A DNA stretch of 64,000 nt, taken from an uncultured Spirochaetota bacterium. Its GTDB lineage: Bacteria > Spirochaetota > Brevinematia > Brevinematales > JAOACQ01. Below the pieces are notes generated by a model. That model had not been told where the DNA came from. It made no database searches and saw only the letters and a program-made list of their open reading frames with translations. Below are positions 1 through 9,325 of the stretch, one piece after another (position 1 is the first letter of the stretch; each line of letters begins with the position of its first letter). Made by a program: the position numbers and the translations under genes. The stretch is taken from assembly GCA_963768055.1 (NCBI GenBank), contig CAVYGN010000002.1:352001-416000 (forward strand), in the 5' to 3' direction.

Positions 1-444
1 ATGCTTCCCTTTCCCGGCCTGGTCTTTTTCGAATACCGGGGTCGTTGTAGAGCCCTGTTTGAAAGGAGGCCTGTCCCTGTACGGTCCGCCGCCGCCTATA
101 GGGCGCGGTCCCCTGTCCCTCTGGAATTGCTGGCCCTGCCTCGGCGGTCCGAAACCTCCGCCCTCCCGGCTATCCCTGTTATGCCTCTGGTATTCGAATT
201 TTCTCGGGGGCGCACCGGCGGGCCCGGCGGGCCTCGGGGCTTCTTTAGGCCGTAAGTCCCTGTGCTGGGGCGCAGGCGCCGCTTCAACAGCCGGACTTGC
301 TTTTTTTGCCGTTTCCTCGGGAGCGGCTTTAACTGCAGCCGCTTTTTTGGATGATTTTACTTCCCCGGCTTTTTTTTCGGTGGCAGCGGGGGCTTTAAGC
401 TTGATGATCTTCTTAATTATTTTCTTTTTTTGTTCTTCAGACAT
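1..444 (-). CDS. infB: Translation initiation factor IF-2, N-terminal part (runs off the window start)
   Basis: Not in the ORF track. Hand translation from the ATG at 444 gives an open frame to base 1: MSEEQKKKIIKKIIKLKAPAATEKK...RPAGPAGAPPRKFEYQRHNRDSREGGGFGPPRQGQQFQRDRGPRP. This is the low-complexity K/A/R/G/P N-terminus typical of IF-2, lies directly downstream of rimP-nusA, and has a GGGGG SD-like run upstream. The GTPase domain is outside the window. Confidence 0.85.
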   Translation of the reverse strand, partial: MSEEQKKKIIKKIIKLKAPAATEKKAGEVKSSKKAAAVKAAPEETAKKASPAVEAAPAPQHRDLRPKEAPRPAGPAGAPPRKFEYQRHNRDSREGGGFGPPRQGQQFQRDRGPRPIGGGGPYRDRPPFKQGSTTTPVFEKDQAGKGKH

Positions 445-483
445 AGCTTGTCCCCCTAGTAAGCCGGAGCCTTTTTTTATTCA

Positions 484-605
484 GGGCGCTACTAATAACC
501 TTCGGATAGGAAGCCCCCTCCGGGGATAACCCCATAGGGCAAATATAACGAAATACACAATTCTTTGTAAGAATATAGAATATTCTTGAGTTATTATTAC
601 TGCCC
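484..605 (+). mobile_element. MITE-like element, family B, copy 1, with 16-bp imperfect terminal inverted repeats
   Basis: Ends are GGGCGCTACTAATAAC and GTTATTATTACTGCCC. Internal CCCATAGGGCAAAT is shared with the copy at 52711-52823, and CCTTCGGATAGG...CCCCATAGGGC with the copy at 29785-29844. Confidence 0.6.
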
Positions 606-1964
606 TTCATTATCACCCGTCTCCTCTTCTATATCGACATTGTCCTCTATTACCTTCCAGATGACCATGGCTTCGTCAAGGCTTATCTCGCATTTCCGGG
701 CAAGGTCCTCGATCGAATACTCTATTATTTCAGCCACATCCTCAAACCCCGCGTTTTTCAAAATTTCGACCTGGCCTGGTTCAAAAGGCAGCATTGAAAT
801 CGGTATCTGCTCTTCCTCGATAAACTCGACTTCCTCGTTTCCTGTAATACCCAGGATCTGATCGACTTCTTTTTGTTTCTCCGCGATCTTTATCTCGTAA
901 TCTGAAAATGGAATGAAACGGATGCGCCAGCCTGTAATTCTTTCAAGCATGCGCTGATGCACTCCTTTTTTGCCTATGAGAGGGGCTACGAACTCGTTAG
1001 GTACGACAACCGACGCCTCTTTCGTTTCGCTTTTGAGATCGATATGGTAAACCTCGGCGATCCTGTTCTTCAGGACCCTTGACGCGGTAATTACATTCTT
1101 AATAAGTATCTTGGGATCTTCATTGGCCCGGATTATCTCGATCCTTTCGGACCCGAGTTCCGCCCGTATGGGCTTGATCCTCGAACCCTGCTTGCCTATA
1201 GTAACGCTGACGGGGTCGATCGAATCAACATTCGAATAAAGGACGACTTTTGTCACTTCGCCGGCTTTCCTGGCGATCGCGCGGATGATAAAAGTGCCGT
1301 CCGAAATCTCCGGGACATTCGTCCGCAATAACTGCCGGGCAAAATCCTCGCTCGCCCTTGAAAGAATAAGCTGTGATTCTTCCCTGCTTGAAACCTCATT
1401 GACCTGGAGAAGCAGGGCTTTAAGGAAATCTCCCCTCTCGAATATCTCGTCGGGTATCGTTTCCTCTTCCGGCAAAAAAGCCTCCGCTTCTTTTGGTTCT
1501 ATGGAGACAAAATACCCGCTGTTTCTGCCCTCCATCCTCGATTTGACCTTTCCTACGACGATTTCGCCGACCTTGCCTTTGAATTCGTTGTATATTATGT
1601 CTTTCTGAATTTCACTGACTTTCTGTTTTAATATCTGTTTGACAATTTGAGCAATCTGCCGCCCGAAACCCTCGATAGGAAGGGGTATTTTTACTTTATC
1701 GCCCACATCCAGGTTTTTCTTTTTTGAATAATTTTTTGCGTTTTCCGCGCTGATCTGGGTTATTTCGTTCTCAACATTTTCAGATATTTCCTTTATCTGG
1801 TTGATGGAAAGCTTTTTATCCAATTCGATTTCAACGTTTTCATATTCCTTGCCGAACTTTCTTTTATAAATGCTTATCATAGCTTCCGTTAATATCTGCG
1901 TTGCCAGGTCCTTTGAAATTTTATTCTCTTTGGCGAACTCAGAGATGTAATCCACTATTGCCAT
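597..1964 (-). CDS. nusA: Transcription termination/antitermination factor NusA
   Basis: N-terminal domain, S1 (GEIVVGKV...LILSRAS), KH domains (VPEISDG, IGKQGSRIK, LIGKKG) and an acidic C-terminal HhH-like repeat; located between rimP and infB. Confidence 0.97.
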   Translation of the reverse strand: MAIVDYISEFAKENKISKDLATQILTEAMISIYKRKFGKEYENVEIELDKKLSINQIKEISENVENEITQISAENAKNYSKKKNLDVGDKVKIPLPIEGFGRQIAQIVKQILKQKVSEIQKDIIYNEFKGKVGEIVVGKVKSRMEGRNSGYFVSIEPKEAEAFLPEEETIPDEIFERGDFLKALLLQVNEVSSREESQLILSRASEDFARQLLRTNVPEISDGTFIIRAIARKAGEVTKVVLYSNVDSIDPVSVTIGKQGSRIKPIRAELGSERIEIIRANEDPKILIKNVITASRVLKNRIAEVYHIDLKSETKEASVVVPNEFVAPLIGKKGVHQRMLERITGWRIRFIPFSDYEIKIAEKQKEVDQILGITGNEEVEFIEEEQIPISMLPFEPGQVEILKNAGFEDVAEIIEYSIEDLARKCEISLDEAMVIWKVIEDNVDIEEETGDNEGQ

Positions 1965-1978
1965 TGTGGTTCCTCCAC

Positions 1979-2440
1979 CTATAGATAATTCTTAATATTA
2001 AAATACAGCTTAACTCCCGAAATATCGTCCCATTCCAGGGCTATAGTCCCGCTGTCAGATAAAATTTTCAGGGACGTACCGGAAATCTCCGTCACACGGC
2101 CCAGGAGAACGCCGTCTTTAAAGCCGGATTGCCCGGGATTTTTAAGGGTAAAAAGCATTTCCCTGTCCTGGAATATGCCTAATTCCCTGAGCGTACTAAT
2201 TTTCCTGTCAGCTCCCGGCGATTCCACAATAAGAGCGTACTTCTCTGAAAATTGCGGAATTTCAACTTCGAGCCTTCTTAACAGGACATTGGATAACTTC
2301 GCGCAATCGTCCATCGAAACATCGGCATTCTTCCTGTGAATGACAACTTTTAGGGTCGGTCCGGAGAGTTTCGCTTCCACGAAGATAAAACCGAGCGCGG
2401 AGACCGTATCTTCAGCAAGGGTTAATATCTTATCCTTCAT
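1979..2440 (-). CDS. rimP: Ribosome maturation factor RimP
   Basis: VSMDDCAKLS and YALIVESPGADR motifs; upstream of nusA. Start moved from the track value 2503 to the ATG at 2440 (MKDKIL), just downstream of the leader terminator. Confidence 0.93.
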   Translation of the reverse strand: MKDKILTLAEDTVSALGFIFVEAKLSGPTLKVVIHRKNADVSMDDCAKLSNVLLRRLEVEIPQFSEKYALIVESPGADRKISTLRELGIFQDREMLFTLKNPGQSGFKDGVLLGRVTEISGTSLKILSDSGTIALEWDDISGVKLYFNIKNYL

Positions 2441-2456
2441 ACCGGACGCCCTAATT

Positions 2457-2485
2457 AAAAAAGGAGCCGGATTATCCGACTCCTT
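2457..2485 (-). terminator. rimP leader terminator/attenuator
   Basis: Minus strand reads AAGGAGTCGGA-TAA-TCCGGCTCCTT-TTTT, a hairpin plus U-tract about 16 nt before the rimP ATG, where conserved rimP leader terminators are found. Confidence 0.75.
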
Positions 2486-2563
2486 ATTATCATTTTCATC
2501 CAATCACATTATAATTTTAAACAACGCCGGATATTATGTCAATTTTTATGCTTTACGTGAATG

Positions 2564-2602
2564 TGTCATTGAAGCCCGGTAGGGCGACGAGAAATCCTCC
2601 CC
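2564..2602. repeat. REP-like repeat family A, half copy
   Basis: TGTCATTGAAG...GACGAGAAATCCTCCCC resembles the left arm of the full copy at 26713-26807. Confidence 0.5.
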
Positions 2603-2614
2603 GTTGGTCCCGCA

Positions 2615-3037
2615 TCAGTTAATAATTAACGTATAAGTATTAGTTTTAACGATTTCATCCTTCCTGACTATGCTTCTATAGCTATAAGTTATAACGGCGC
2701 TCCCCTTGCCCGCGCATTTAAACCTCCATATATACTGGACGGGCGCCCCGACCAGGCCTGGTCTGCTTAAATTGAAGGAGGCTTCATCGATATATTTAAC
2801 GCTGTCGCCGCTTAACGTGTAATCCCATAAATATGGGACCGCCCCTGTTTTCAGTTCGACATAAAACGAATCGTCAACCGATAAATAGTTTGTGCCGCTT
2901 GTAATTATCGATTTATAGCCCTTGATGAAATCATTGTAATTTTTTTGCGCCTGCAAAACAAAATGGTTTCCGCTGTAGCACGAAACGCATATTAAAAAGA
3001 TGATCACCGCAAGCGCTAAAAACTTTTTTAAGGCCAT
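2615..3037 (-). CDS. Exported chagasin-like (I42 family) protease inhibitor
   Basis: Signal peptide containing Cys; VELKTGAVPYLW, PGLVGAPVQYIWRFK and GSAVITYSYR resemble the NPTTGYxW, GxxGxGG and YxRPW loops of I42 inhibitors. Confidence 0.7.
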   Translation of the reverse strand: MALKKFLALAVIIFLICVSCYSGNHFVLQAQKNYNDFIKGYKSIITSGTNYLSVDDSFYVELKTGAVPYLWDYTLSGDSVKYIDEASFNLSRPGLVGAPVQYIWRFKCAGKGSAVITYSYRSIVRKDEIVKTNTYTLIIN

Positions 3038-3085
3038 AATCTAACTCCTACGGCAGTATGTCATAGACATGGAAAAAAATCAAGC

Positions 3086-3159
3086 TGTCATTTCGAACGC
3101 AGCGTTTATCCTGTAAGGGTTTATCTCGCCCCGGCGGCGCTTCACGCCGCGAAATGACA
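3086..3159. repeat. REP-like repeat family A, palindromic copy
   Basis: TGTCATTTCG...CGAAATGACA terminal inverted repeat; internal CGTTTATCCTG is shared with the 26713 copy. Confidence 0.75.
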
Positions 3160-3245
3160 CAGCCTGGTGGTTGGATGCAATAAACCAATTCCTACGATTA
3201 AAATAATATGCAGTTCTAATTGATCCGCATGTTATTTGAATCGCC

Positions 3246-6122
3246 CTACCCTGCCCCCAGCTCCTCGAACAGATATACCTGCTCTGCAAATACCTGTCCG
3301 CCTTTAATGCTTCCCTTCAATAGATAGATAGTATGATTTCGTATTATAGAGGAATAATGTTTATAAATCGACGGGACAAAAATAACCTGCGCCATGCCTT
3401 TTTTATCGCAGATCACTGCATCGGCCCCCTTCATGCCCCCGCTTTTGCTTTTTATCCTTAATTGAAACATATAAACGATGAAAGTGCCGTAAGTCATATC
3501 ATGGATAGAGTCGAGGTAATCGACATTGTAAGCCTTTATTTCTCCTTCGGCCATATCAAGCGGATGATTCGATAAATAAGCTTCGGTGGCCTCGAATTCA
3601 GCCATCGGGGAAAGGTTTTTTTCAACATCCCTGCAGTTTTTAATAAAATATTCAAGATCGGGAATGAATTCCTCCCTTTCGAAAAGATTCAGGGATTTAT
3701 CATTTCCTTCCCTGGAAGCGAATTTAAAGATATGCGCAGCACAGGCAAGGAGTTCATCGGTTTCAAACCCGCTATCCCTGAAAGCTCCTGCTTTGACCAG
3801 GTTAAGAAGCGCTTTTTCATGGAGGCCGAGGGGCGTCATTCTTATCGCGAAATCGAGCATGTCTTTGAAAACGCCGTTCTTTTCCCTTTCCATGACTATT
3901 TCCCCGGCTGCCTCATGGCCCAGATGTTTTATCATTTCCAATCCGGCCCGTATTTTTCCATTCTCCTTCGAGAAACGCCTTCTGCTCCTGTTGATATCTA
4001 CCGGAAGGATGGCCCCCGGAGGCTGTTCTATCATTAAATCAATAAGTATCCGGTTCAGTTTATCTGTAGAATACATATTGTTGTTCAGGCTTGCCAGATA
4101 AAAATCGACCGGGCTATGAGTTTTTAAATAAGCCAGGGAGTAAGCGGTATAAGCGTAACCAAGGGTTTGAGATTTTTTTACAGCCCAGCTGCCTGTTTCA
4201 ATTAAAATACCGAAAAGCCTTCGGGCGGGTTCTTCACCGCTTCCTTTATCGATGCAGCCCCGTATGAATTCATCCTTGACCCTGAGTATTGCCTGGTTAT
4301 CCCTTTTTACAATAGCCTTGAGAAACATGAGCGACTTATTCCAATCCATTCCCGCCGCTTCATGGGCGATAAGCAGGACCTGTTCTTCATAAAGTATCAG
4401 CCCGTAAGTATCCCAGGTTATCGGACTGGTTTCATGCGCCTGCGGAGACGCTTTTCCGTAATACTGATTATTCATGCGCCTTGTAATGTAATTAAGAGCC
4501 GTTCCGTCCGTAATCGGGCCCTTCCTATATATCGCTATTATATCGCAGAGGACCCTCATTGAATCGACTGCCGACGATCTTAAATACTCCCTGATAGCGA
4601 AATTCTCCAGGATGAAAATGCTGTTCGTCCTGCCTTCCTTTATCATTAAATATGTTTCCCTGTCGTCATAATCGATAGATTTTATCCCTGCGGACCTGAA
4701 TCCCTCTTCAATAATGGAGATCAGGGAACTTGATTTCATTTCGATCCTGAGAAAATCGCTGAAATCGGCGTCATTTCCGGTCAGCCCGGAATAACGGTCT
4801 TTAACGCCTTCCGGATAAAGCGGGGCAAGTTCTGCAATATTTTCCCCGACAAGAGCGACGCTCCCGGTTTCTGTTTCAAGCCCTCTCGCCCTTCCTTCGA
4901 ATTTGCCCGCGGCCCGTGTCCATCGAAGGATTGTTGTCATATAAGCCGAACACCGCGGACCGAATCTTGAATTTATATAAGAAAATAAAAAGCGCTGCTT
5001 TTTCCGGGCGATATCAAGTTCCATTGAACGCAAAAAATCAGTCCCTGGCGGCGCTAAAAGTTCGAAAACAAGGCCGTATTTAACAGGATCGATCTTTGTA
5101 AATCCCAGGAGGAACAGGACAAGAGAGGATGGGAACGGCCCTTTTCCGGGGCCGTATGCAATACCCTTTTTTTTCATAAAGCAGGACAGCTCATAAGCGA
5201 TTAGAAAATACGAGGAAAGGCCGCTGGAAATAATCTTCAGCTCTCCGGCAAGCCTTTCGGAATATTGGATATCACTGGAATAATTCGAAAGCCTTGATTC
5301 GCAAATTTTTTTTAGCCTTGAATGACCCTTTTTATATTCCGGCATCGGGAACCGTCTGGCTATCAGGTTATTTTCTATCCTGTCAAGTAGCATGGCGGCG
5401 TTATCCAGGTAGTCCGGATGGTTTTTGAAATGATTTTTTATGCTCACGGCGTCTTTAAGGGAATAGTCGGATTCCTTTTCAAGATCGCCTGAAGTTGTAC
5501 CAGTTATCATCATGTTAAAATCAGCCCTATCCCTGCCGATATACCTGGCCTCGCTTGAAGCGATAGGCTTAAGTGATTGTACGCCGGCGATTTCAACCAT
5601 TTCCCGGATCACACCGATTTTTTCATCTCCAATGTAATTCATTTCAAGGAAAAAATTAAGCCCGAAAGCCTCGGTATAATGACCGCAGATTTTTTTTATT
5701 GCCGCGCTATCGTTCCTGTAAGCGTAAATTTCAGAAAAGGCCAGAACTGCCAATCCCTCGCGGTGCAAAATTAAATCCTGCAAAGGTATAGGATTAAGCA
5801 TACCAGAGTAATTATCCCGGCCGGTTTCAGAGGCCAGGCCGTAAAGGTTTAAAAGACCCTTCCTGTCAAGCGCGATCAGAAGAACCGGATAATGGCCCCT
5901 TCCGCTAACGCCTTTAACGATGAGCTGGCACCCGAAAACAGGTTTCATGCCATATTCCGACGCCCTGGCTGAAAGTTCGATAAAACCGCTGACGCAATTC
6001 GTATCGGTAACAGAACAGCCGTCGAAACCGTTTTCAGCCGAATATCTCGTTATTTCTTCAATTGAAAGGAACGATGAGCGAAAAGAATATTCGCTGTGTA
6101 CATGAAAATTAACAAAACCCAT
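3246..6122 (-). CDS. dnaE: Divergent DNA polymerase III alpha-like protein (DnaE paralogue with degenerate catalytic motifs)
   Basis: PHP start FHVHSEYS, SYFLI, GPGKG..SSLVLFLLGFTKIDPVKYGLVFE, TYGLILYEEQV, AYLKTHSPVDFY, ILPVDINRS, HhH GLEMIKHLG, LVKAGAF, YLSNHPL and a C-terminal OB-like region. Catalytic residues are altered (see findings). Confidence 0.88.
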   Translation of the reverse strand: MGFVNFHVHSEYSFRSSFLSIEEITRYSAENGFDGCSVTDTNCVSGFIELSARASEYGMKPVFGCQLIVKGVSGRGHYPVLLIALDRKGLLNLYGLASETGRDNYSGMLNPIPLQDLILHREGLAVLAFSEIYAYRNDSAAIKKICGHYTEAFGLNFFLEMNYIGDEKIGVIREMVEIAGVQSLKPIASSEARYIGRDRADFNMMITGTTSGDLEKESDYSLKDAVSIKNHFKNHPDYLDNAAMLLDRIENNLIARRFPMPEYKKGHSRLKKICESRLSNYSSDIQYSERLAGELKIISSGLSSYFLIAYELSCFMKKKGIAYGPGKGPFPSSLVLFLLGFTKIDPVKYGLVFELLAPPGTDFLRSMELDIARKKQRFLFSYINSRFGPRCSAYMTTILRWTRAAGKFEGRARGLETETGSVALVGENIAELAPLYPEGVKDRYSGLTGNDADFSDFLRIEMKSSSLISIIEEGFRSAGIKSIDYDDRETYLMIKEGRTNSIFILENFAIREYLRSSAVDSMRVLCDIIAIYRKGPITDGTALNYITRRMNNQYYGKASPQAHETSPITWDTYGLILYEEQVLLIAHEAAGMDWNKSLMFLKAIVKRDNQAILRVKDEFIRGCIDKGSGEEPARRLFGILIETGSWAVKKSQTLGYAYTAYSLAYLKTHSPVDFYLASLNNNMYSTDKLNRILIDLMIEQPPGAILPVDINRSRRRFSKENGKIRAGLEMIKHLGHEAAGEIVMEREKNGVFKDMLDFAIRMTPLGLHEKALLNLVKAGAFRDSGFETDELLACAAHIFKFASREGNDKSLNLFEREEFIPDLEYFIKNCRDVEKNLSPMAEFEATEAYLSNHPLDMAEGEIKAYNVDYLDSIHDMTYGTFIVYMFQLRIKSKSGGMKGADAVICDKKGMAQVIFVPSIYKHYSSIIRNHTIYLLKGSIKGGQVFAEQVYLFEELGAG

Positions 6123-6128
6123 TATAAT

Positions 6129-7523
6129 TCAGTCGATCAGGTTCTTGAGCTCTTTCCCGGCCGCTTTGATAAATGAGCCGGGAATACCGCCTTTTGAAGC
6201 TGCGGTAACGCTTAGTTTTATATTCCTGGAAGATAAAATTTCTCCGGTGGAGGTATCGATAAGCTGAGCGGTAAGGCTGTAAACCCCGAGATATCTGTCA
6301 AGTTCTTTGTTATACTGTGCATTATCCGGCGCGTTAAACTTTATGATCATGACCCTTTTTATTCCGACGGACGAAAGCTCCTTCAGAGATTCGGGGTTTT
6401 CTTCCGAAAAGCTTTCAAGTGTTAAATCCGGAGGGATTTTCACCACCTTATATCCTTTCAGGATCAGATAGTCCTGAACCTTCGCCGTCAAATCCGGTAT
6501 TCCGGATATCACGGATACGGGAATATTCATATTTTCCAGAGAAAACGTGCGGAATTCCGAATGAGCGGCAGCACGGTCCATAGCGTCCCTTAATGCTGCG
6601 GAATCTATTCCGGAAAAATCAATAGATAAAACGGCCCTGATAATGTTACCCGGCTTAGCCTCTTTAAGACTGTTGATCCTGCATAGAACTATGCCGTTCG
6701 TCTCCGACACCCCGGTCCGCGAGTAATCTCCTTCGTTATTTTTTATCAGAAAGGAAACCCTTACTCCGCCGAGGGGCGTTTTTCCCGAATTACCATTGTA
6801 GGATACGATAAAACGGAATACATTGCCCTTCCCCATATCGATGGATGAAGGATTATCAGTTGATTCAACGGCAATATTGTCCAGCAGTTTTTCTGCTTTG
6901 CTTATATAAATGGGTATTTCATCCGATCTTTCCTTAACATTCATAGCGGACACCGCCGCAGCCAGGTATGAGTTTACCGCGGCGATAATGTTCCCGGAAC
7001 CGATAAAGCCTTCAGCCTCTTTTAAATTATCATCAACCAGGGCCATCTTTCTTTGAAGTTCGGACAATATTCTTGACCTTTCCCTTTCCAGGTCCGTATA
7101 GGAAATTTTTGCCAGGACCCAGACTTTATAAACGACAAGCCCGGAGTCCTCAGTCTTTTCATAATAAATGTCCTCTGTTTCAACTCCTGTAAGATTGACG
7201 GCGCTTTTGCTTTTGATCGTTTCCGTGTAAGTTTTTCTCAATTCTTCGTTGTCGCCCAACCCTCCGGAAGTAGTTAGAACTTTTTCAACCGATGTTTCTT
7301 CAAAGATAGCGTCCGCTATAAATCCTTTCGCATTCTGGAAAGCCTTGGCCTTGATGTCTTCCAGATTGCCGGTATCCTCGACATAACCTACCGAATAAAA
7401 AAACACTTTGTCTTTTTTTGGAGTGCTGGCCCAGGGAGGTTCGTTTGCATGAACCGGATTTCCCCGGGTTAATGCCGGTATAACGAAAAAAAATAACGGG
7501 AGAAAGTATAAAACCTTCCTCAT
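6129..7523 (-). CDS. Exported LPP20-like domain protein
   Basis: Signal peptide followed by PPWAST..FFYSVG..AKAFQNAK..IA, typical of the LPP20-like fold; C-terminal QLIDTSTGEILSS resembles CsgG/LpoB-like domains. Confidence 0.6.
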   Translation of the reverse strand: MRKVLYFLPLFFFVIPALTRGNPVHANEPPWASTPKKDKVFFYSVGYVEDTGNLEDIKAKAFQNAKGFIADAIFEETSVEKVLTTSGGLGDNEELRKTYTETIKSKSAVNLTGVETEDIYYEKTEDSGLVVYKVWVLAKISYTDLERERSRILSELQRKMALVDDNLKEAEGFIGSGNIIAAVNSYLAAAVSAMNVKERSDEIPIYISKAEKLLDNIAVESTDNPSSIDMGKGNVFRFIVSYNGNSGKTPLGGVRVSFLIKNNEGDYSRTGVSETNGIVLCRINSLKEAKPGNIIRAVLSIDFSGIDSAALRDAMDRAAAHSEFRTFSLENMNIPVSVISGIPDLTAKVQDYLILKGYKVVKIPPDLTLESFSEENPESLKELSSVGIKRVMIIKFNAPDNAQYNKELDRYLGVYSLTAQLIDTSTGEILSSRNIKLSVTAASKGGIPGSFIKAAGKELKNLID

Positions 7524-7590
7524 ATAATCCTCCGTTAAAGAATCGATAATTAATATAGCATTAATTTTCTATGATTACAATCGGACTTAC

Positions 7591-8178
7591 TTATCTCTCC
7601 AGGAAAATTTCATTTCCATTTTTTATCATAACAATACCGCTGTCTTTGGAAAAATAAAGAAGACAGGTTTGATCGAGAAGTTTGAGTTCTCCGGATATTA
7701 TATTGTAATACGGCCTTGCTATGGAGGGATCGCTGAATTTATTGTAATATTTTAACAATTTGAATGACATGTTCTCGCCGATTTCGACCTCTTTATCAAA
7801 TACGGGAACCGCCGGAAAAACGTACAGCATGGGCGGGAAAGTCCTCGTATAGGCTCCGTCCCTCAATTCATTCAAATAAATATTTCCATTAGTTAAAAGG
7901 GTCATTTTTAAAGAGTAGATAAACTTTTCATTGGATAGTTTCATAATAATAAGCCAGTTTAGAAAAAACTTGTCGATAGTCTCGCTGGTTCTCGGGATTT
8001 CAATCTTAAGCGAAATATCGATAGTATTGCTTTTATTTGACGCCAGGCTTTCGCTGTAATTGGGATTGACCGGAAAATAGGATATGTCGGGAATATGGAC
8101 GGAAAATGACCGGCGGAAAGAAAATAACAGCGAAAATACCGCAAAAAGCAATAGGATGAGTTTATTTATCGGGGTCAT
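7591..8178 (-). CDS. Hypothetical exported or membrane-anchored protein
   Basis: 195-aa ORF with a hydrophobic N-terminus, overlapping the end of the upstream TPR gene. Confidence 0.6.
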   Translation of the reverse strand: MTPINKLILLLFAVFSLLFSFRRSFSVHIPDISYFPVNPNYSESLASNKSNTIDISLKIEIPRTSETIDKFFLNWLIIMKLSNEKFIYSLKMTLLTNGNIYLNELRDGAYTRTFPPMLYVFPAVPVFDKEVEIGENMSFKLLKYYNKFSDPSIARPYYNIISGELKLLDQTCLLYFSKDSGIVMIKNGNEIFLER

Positions 8179-9301
8179 ACTCTGTATACTCTTCTATCTC
8201 GTTTTGAAAATTCTCGATCGTTGATGATGCAAGTTTCGAGGTGAATTCTTTTTTATCATTGAATATTGCGCTGTATTTTTCATATACTTCCGCAGTTTTT
8301 TCCCGTTGGCCCGTATCTTCGTATATTTTGGCAAGTATCAGGACGACCCTCGAGTCATTAGGGTACTTTTTAAGGTAATCGCCGCACATTTCAACAGCTT
8401 TGTCCCATTCCTTCCTTTCGATATGGATCCGTATGAGCCCGATCATAGTGTACTTATTCGAACTGGTTGCCATTACTTCCAGGTAGATTTTTTCAGCATC
8501 TTCTATTTTACCGACCTTCAGATAACAATCGGCAAGCCTTGTAAGTATCCTGTCGTTATTGGGTTCCTTTGACAGGATTTTTTTCCAGTACTTTATTGCG
8601 TCCCTGAACCTTTTCTTACCTCGGAGGGAATCCGCTATTCCATAAAGCGCGTAAAAATTGTTTCTATCTATTTCAAGCGCTTTCTGGTAGTAATCTATCG
8701 CCTTATCGAACTGCTTCCAGGTCCGGTAAATATTACCCACCATCGTAAGAATGTTAATAAATTTCGGGTTTATTTCAAGAAGGGTTTTCCAGTGTTCAAG
8801 CGCCTTGTTGAATTTCTTGTTCTTATAATAAAGATCGCCCAGCCCCATAAGGGCAAATTTGTTTTTCGAATTCAGATCGAGCGACATGAGATAATATTTT
8901 TCTGCGTTGGAAAAATCGTTCTTTTTCCTGTAAGCGTCGGCGATGCGGGTTGTTACAAGGAAATCCCCCGGATCGATGGTGAGGACCGTGAACCAATATT
9001 CCAGCGCCTTATCCCAATCCTTTAATCCCCTGTAACTATCGGCCATTCCAAGCATAGCCTTCTTGTTCTTTGCGTCGATATTGAGTATGTCTTTAAAATA
9101 GGGAATCGCTTCCTCAAAATACAGCTGCTCTCTAAGGCAGTCACCGATACCCTGAAGCGCCTCCAGCATCCGGGGACTGTCAGTTTCTCCGGATGACCTT
9201 AATTCGTTGAGTATGAGGGAATAAATCTTTTCCGTTTCCTCATACTCCTGCTGTTTATATAAACTTTTCGCTTTTTCGAACTCATCATTGATATTTATCA
9301 T
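8162..9301 (-). CDS. Tetratricopeptide repeat protein
   Basis: About nine consecutive TPR units (e.g. ALMGLGDLYYKNKKFNKALEHWKTLLEINP); GGAGG SD. Confidence 0.9.
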   Translation of the reverse strand: MININDEFEKAKSLYKQQEYEETEKIYSLILNELRSSGETDSPRMLEALQGIGDCLREQLYFEEAIPYFKDILNIDAKNKKAMLGMADSYRGLKDWDKALEYWFTVLTIDPGDFLVTTRIADAYRKKNDFSNAEKYYLMSLDLNSKNKFALMGLGDLYYKNKKFNKALEHWKTLLEINPKFINILTMVGNIYRTWKQFDKAIDYYQKALEIDRNNFYALYGIADSLRGKKRFRDAIKYWKKILSKEPNNDRILTRLADCYLKVGKIEDAEKIYLEVMATSSNKYTMIGLIRIHIERKEWDKAVEMCGDYLKKYPNDSRVVLILAKIYEDTGQREKTAEVYEKYSAIFNDKKEFTSKLASSTIENFQNEIEEYTEYDPDK

Positions 9302-9325
9302 TTTCTTCCTCCCATTCGGACGGGA

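Noticed and set aside
1..529. Track ORFs 1..255 (+), 59..529 (+) and 96..287 (-)
   Set aside because: They are shadows of the GC-rich infB N-terminus (minus strand, 444 to 1), which has the proper start and operon context.
3080..3289. 69-aa minus-strand ORF after the dnaE-like gene
   Set aside because: It runs through a family-A palindrome, overlaps the dnaE end and has no recognisable motif.
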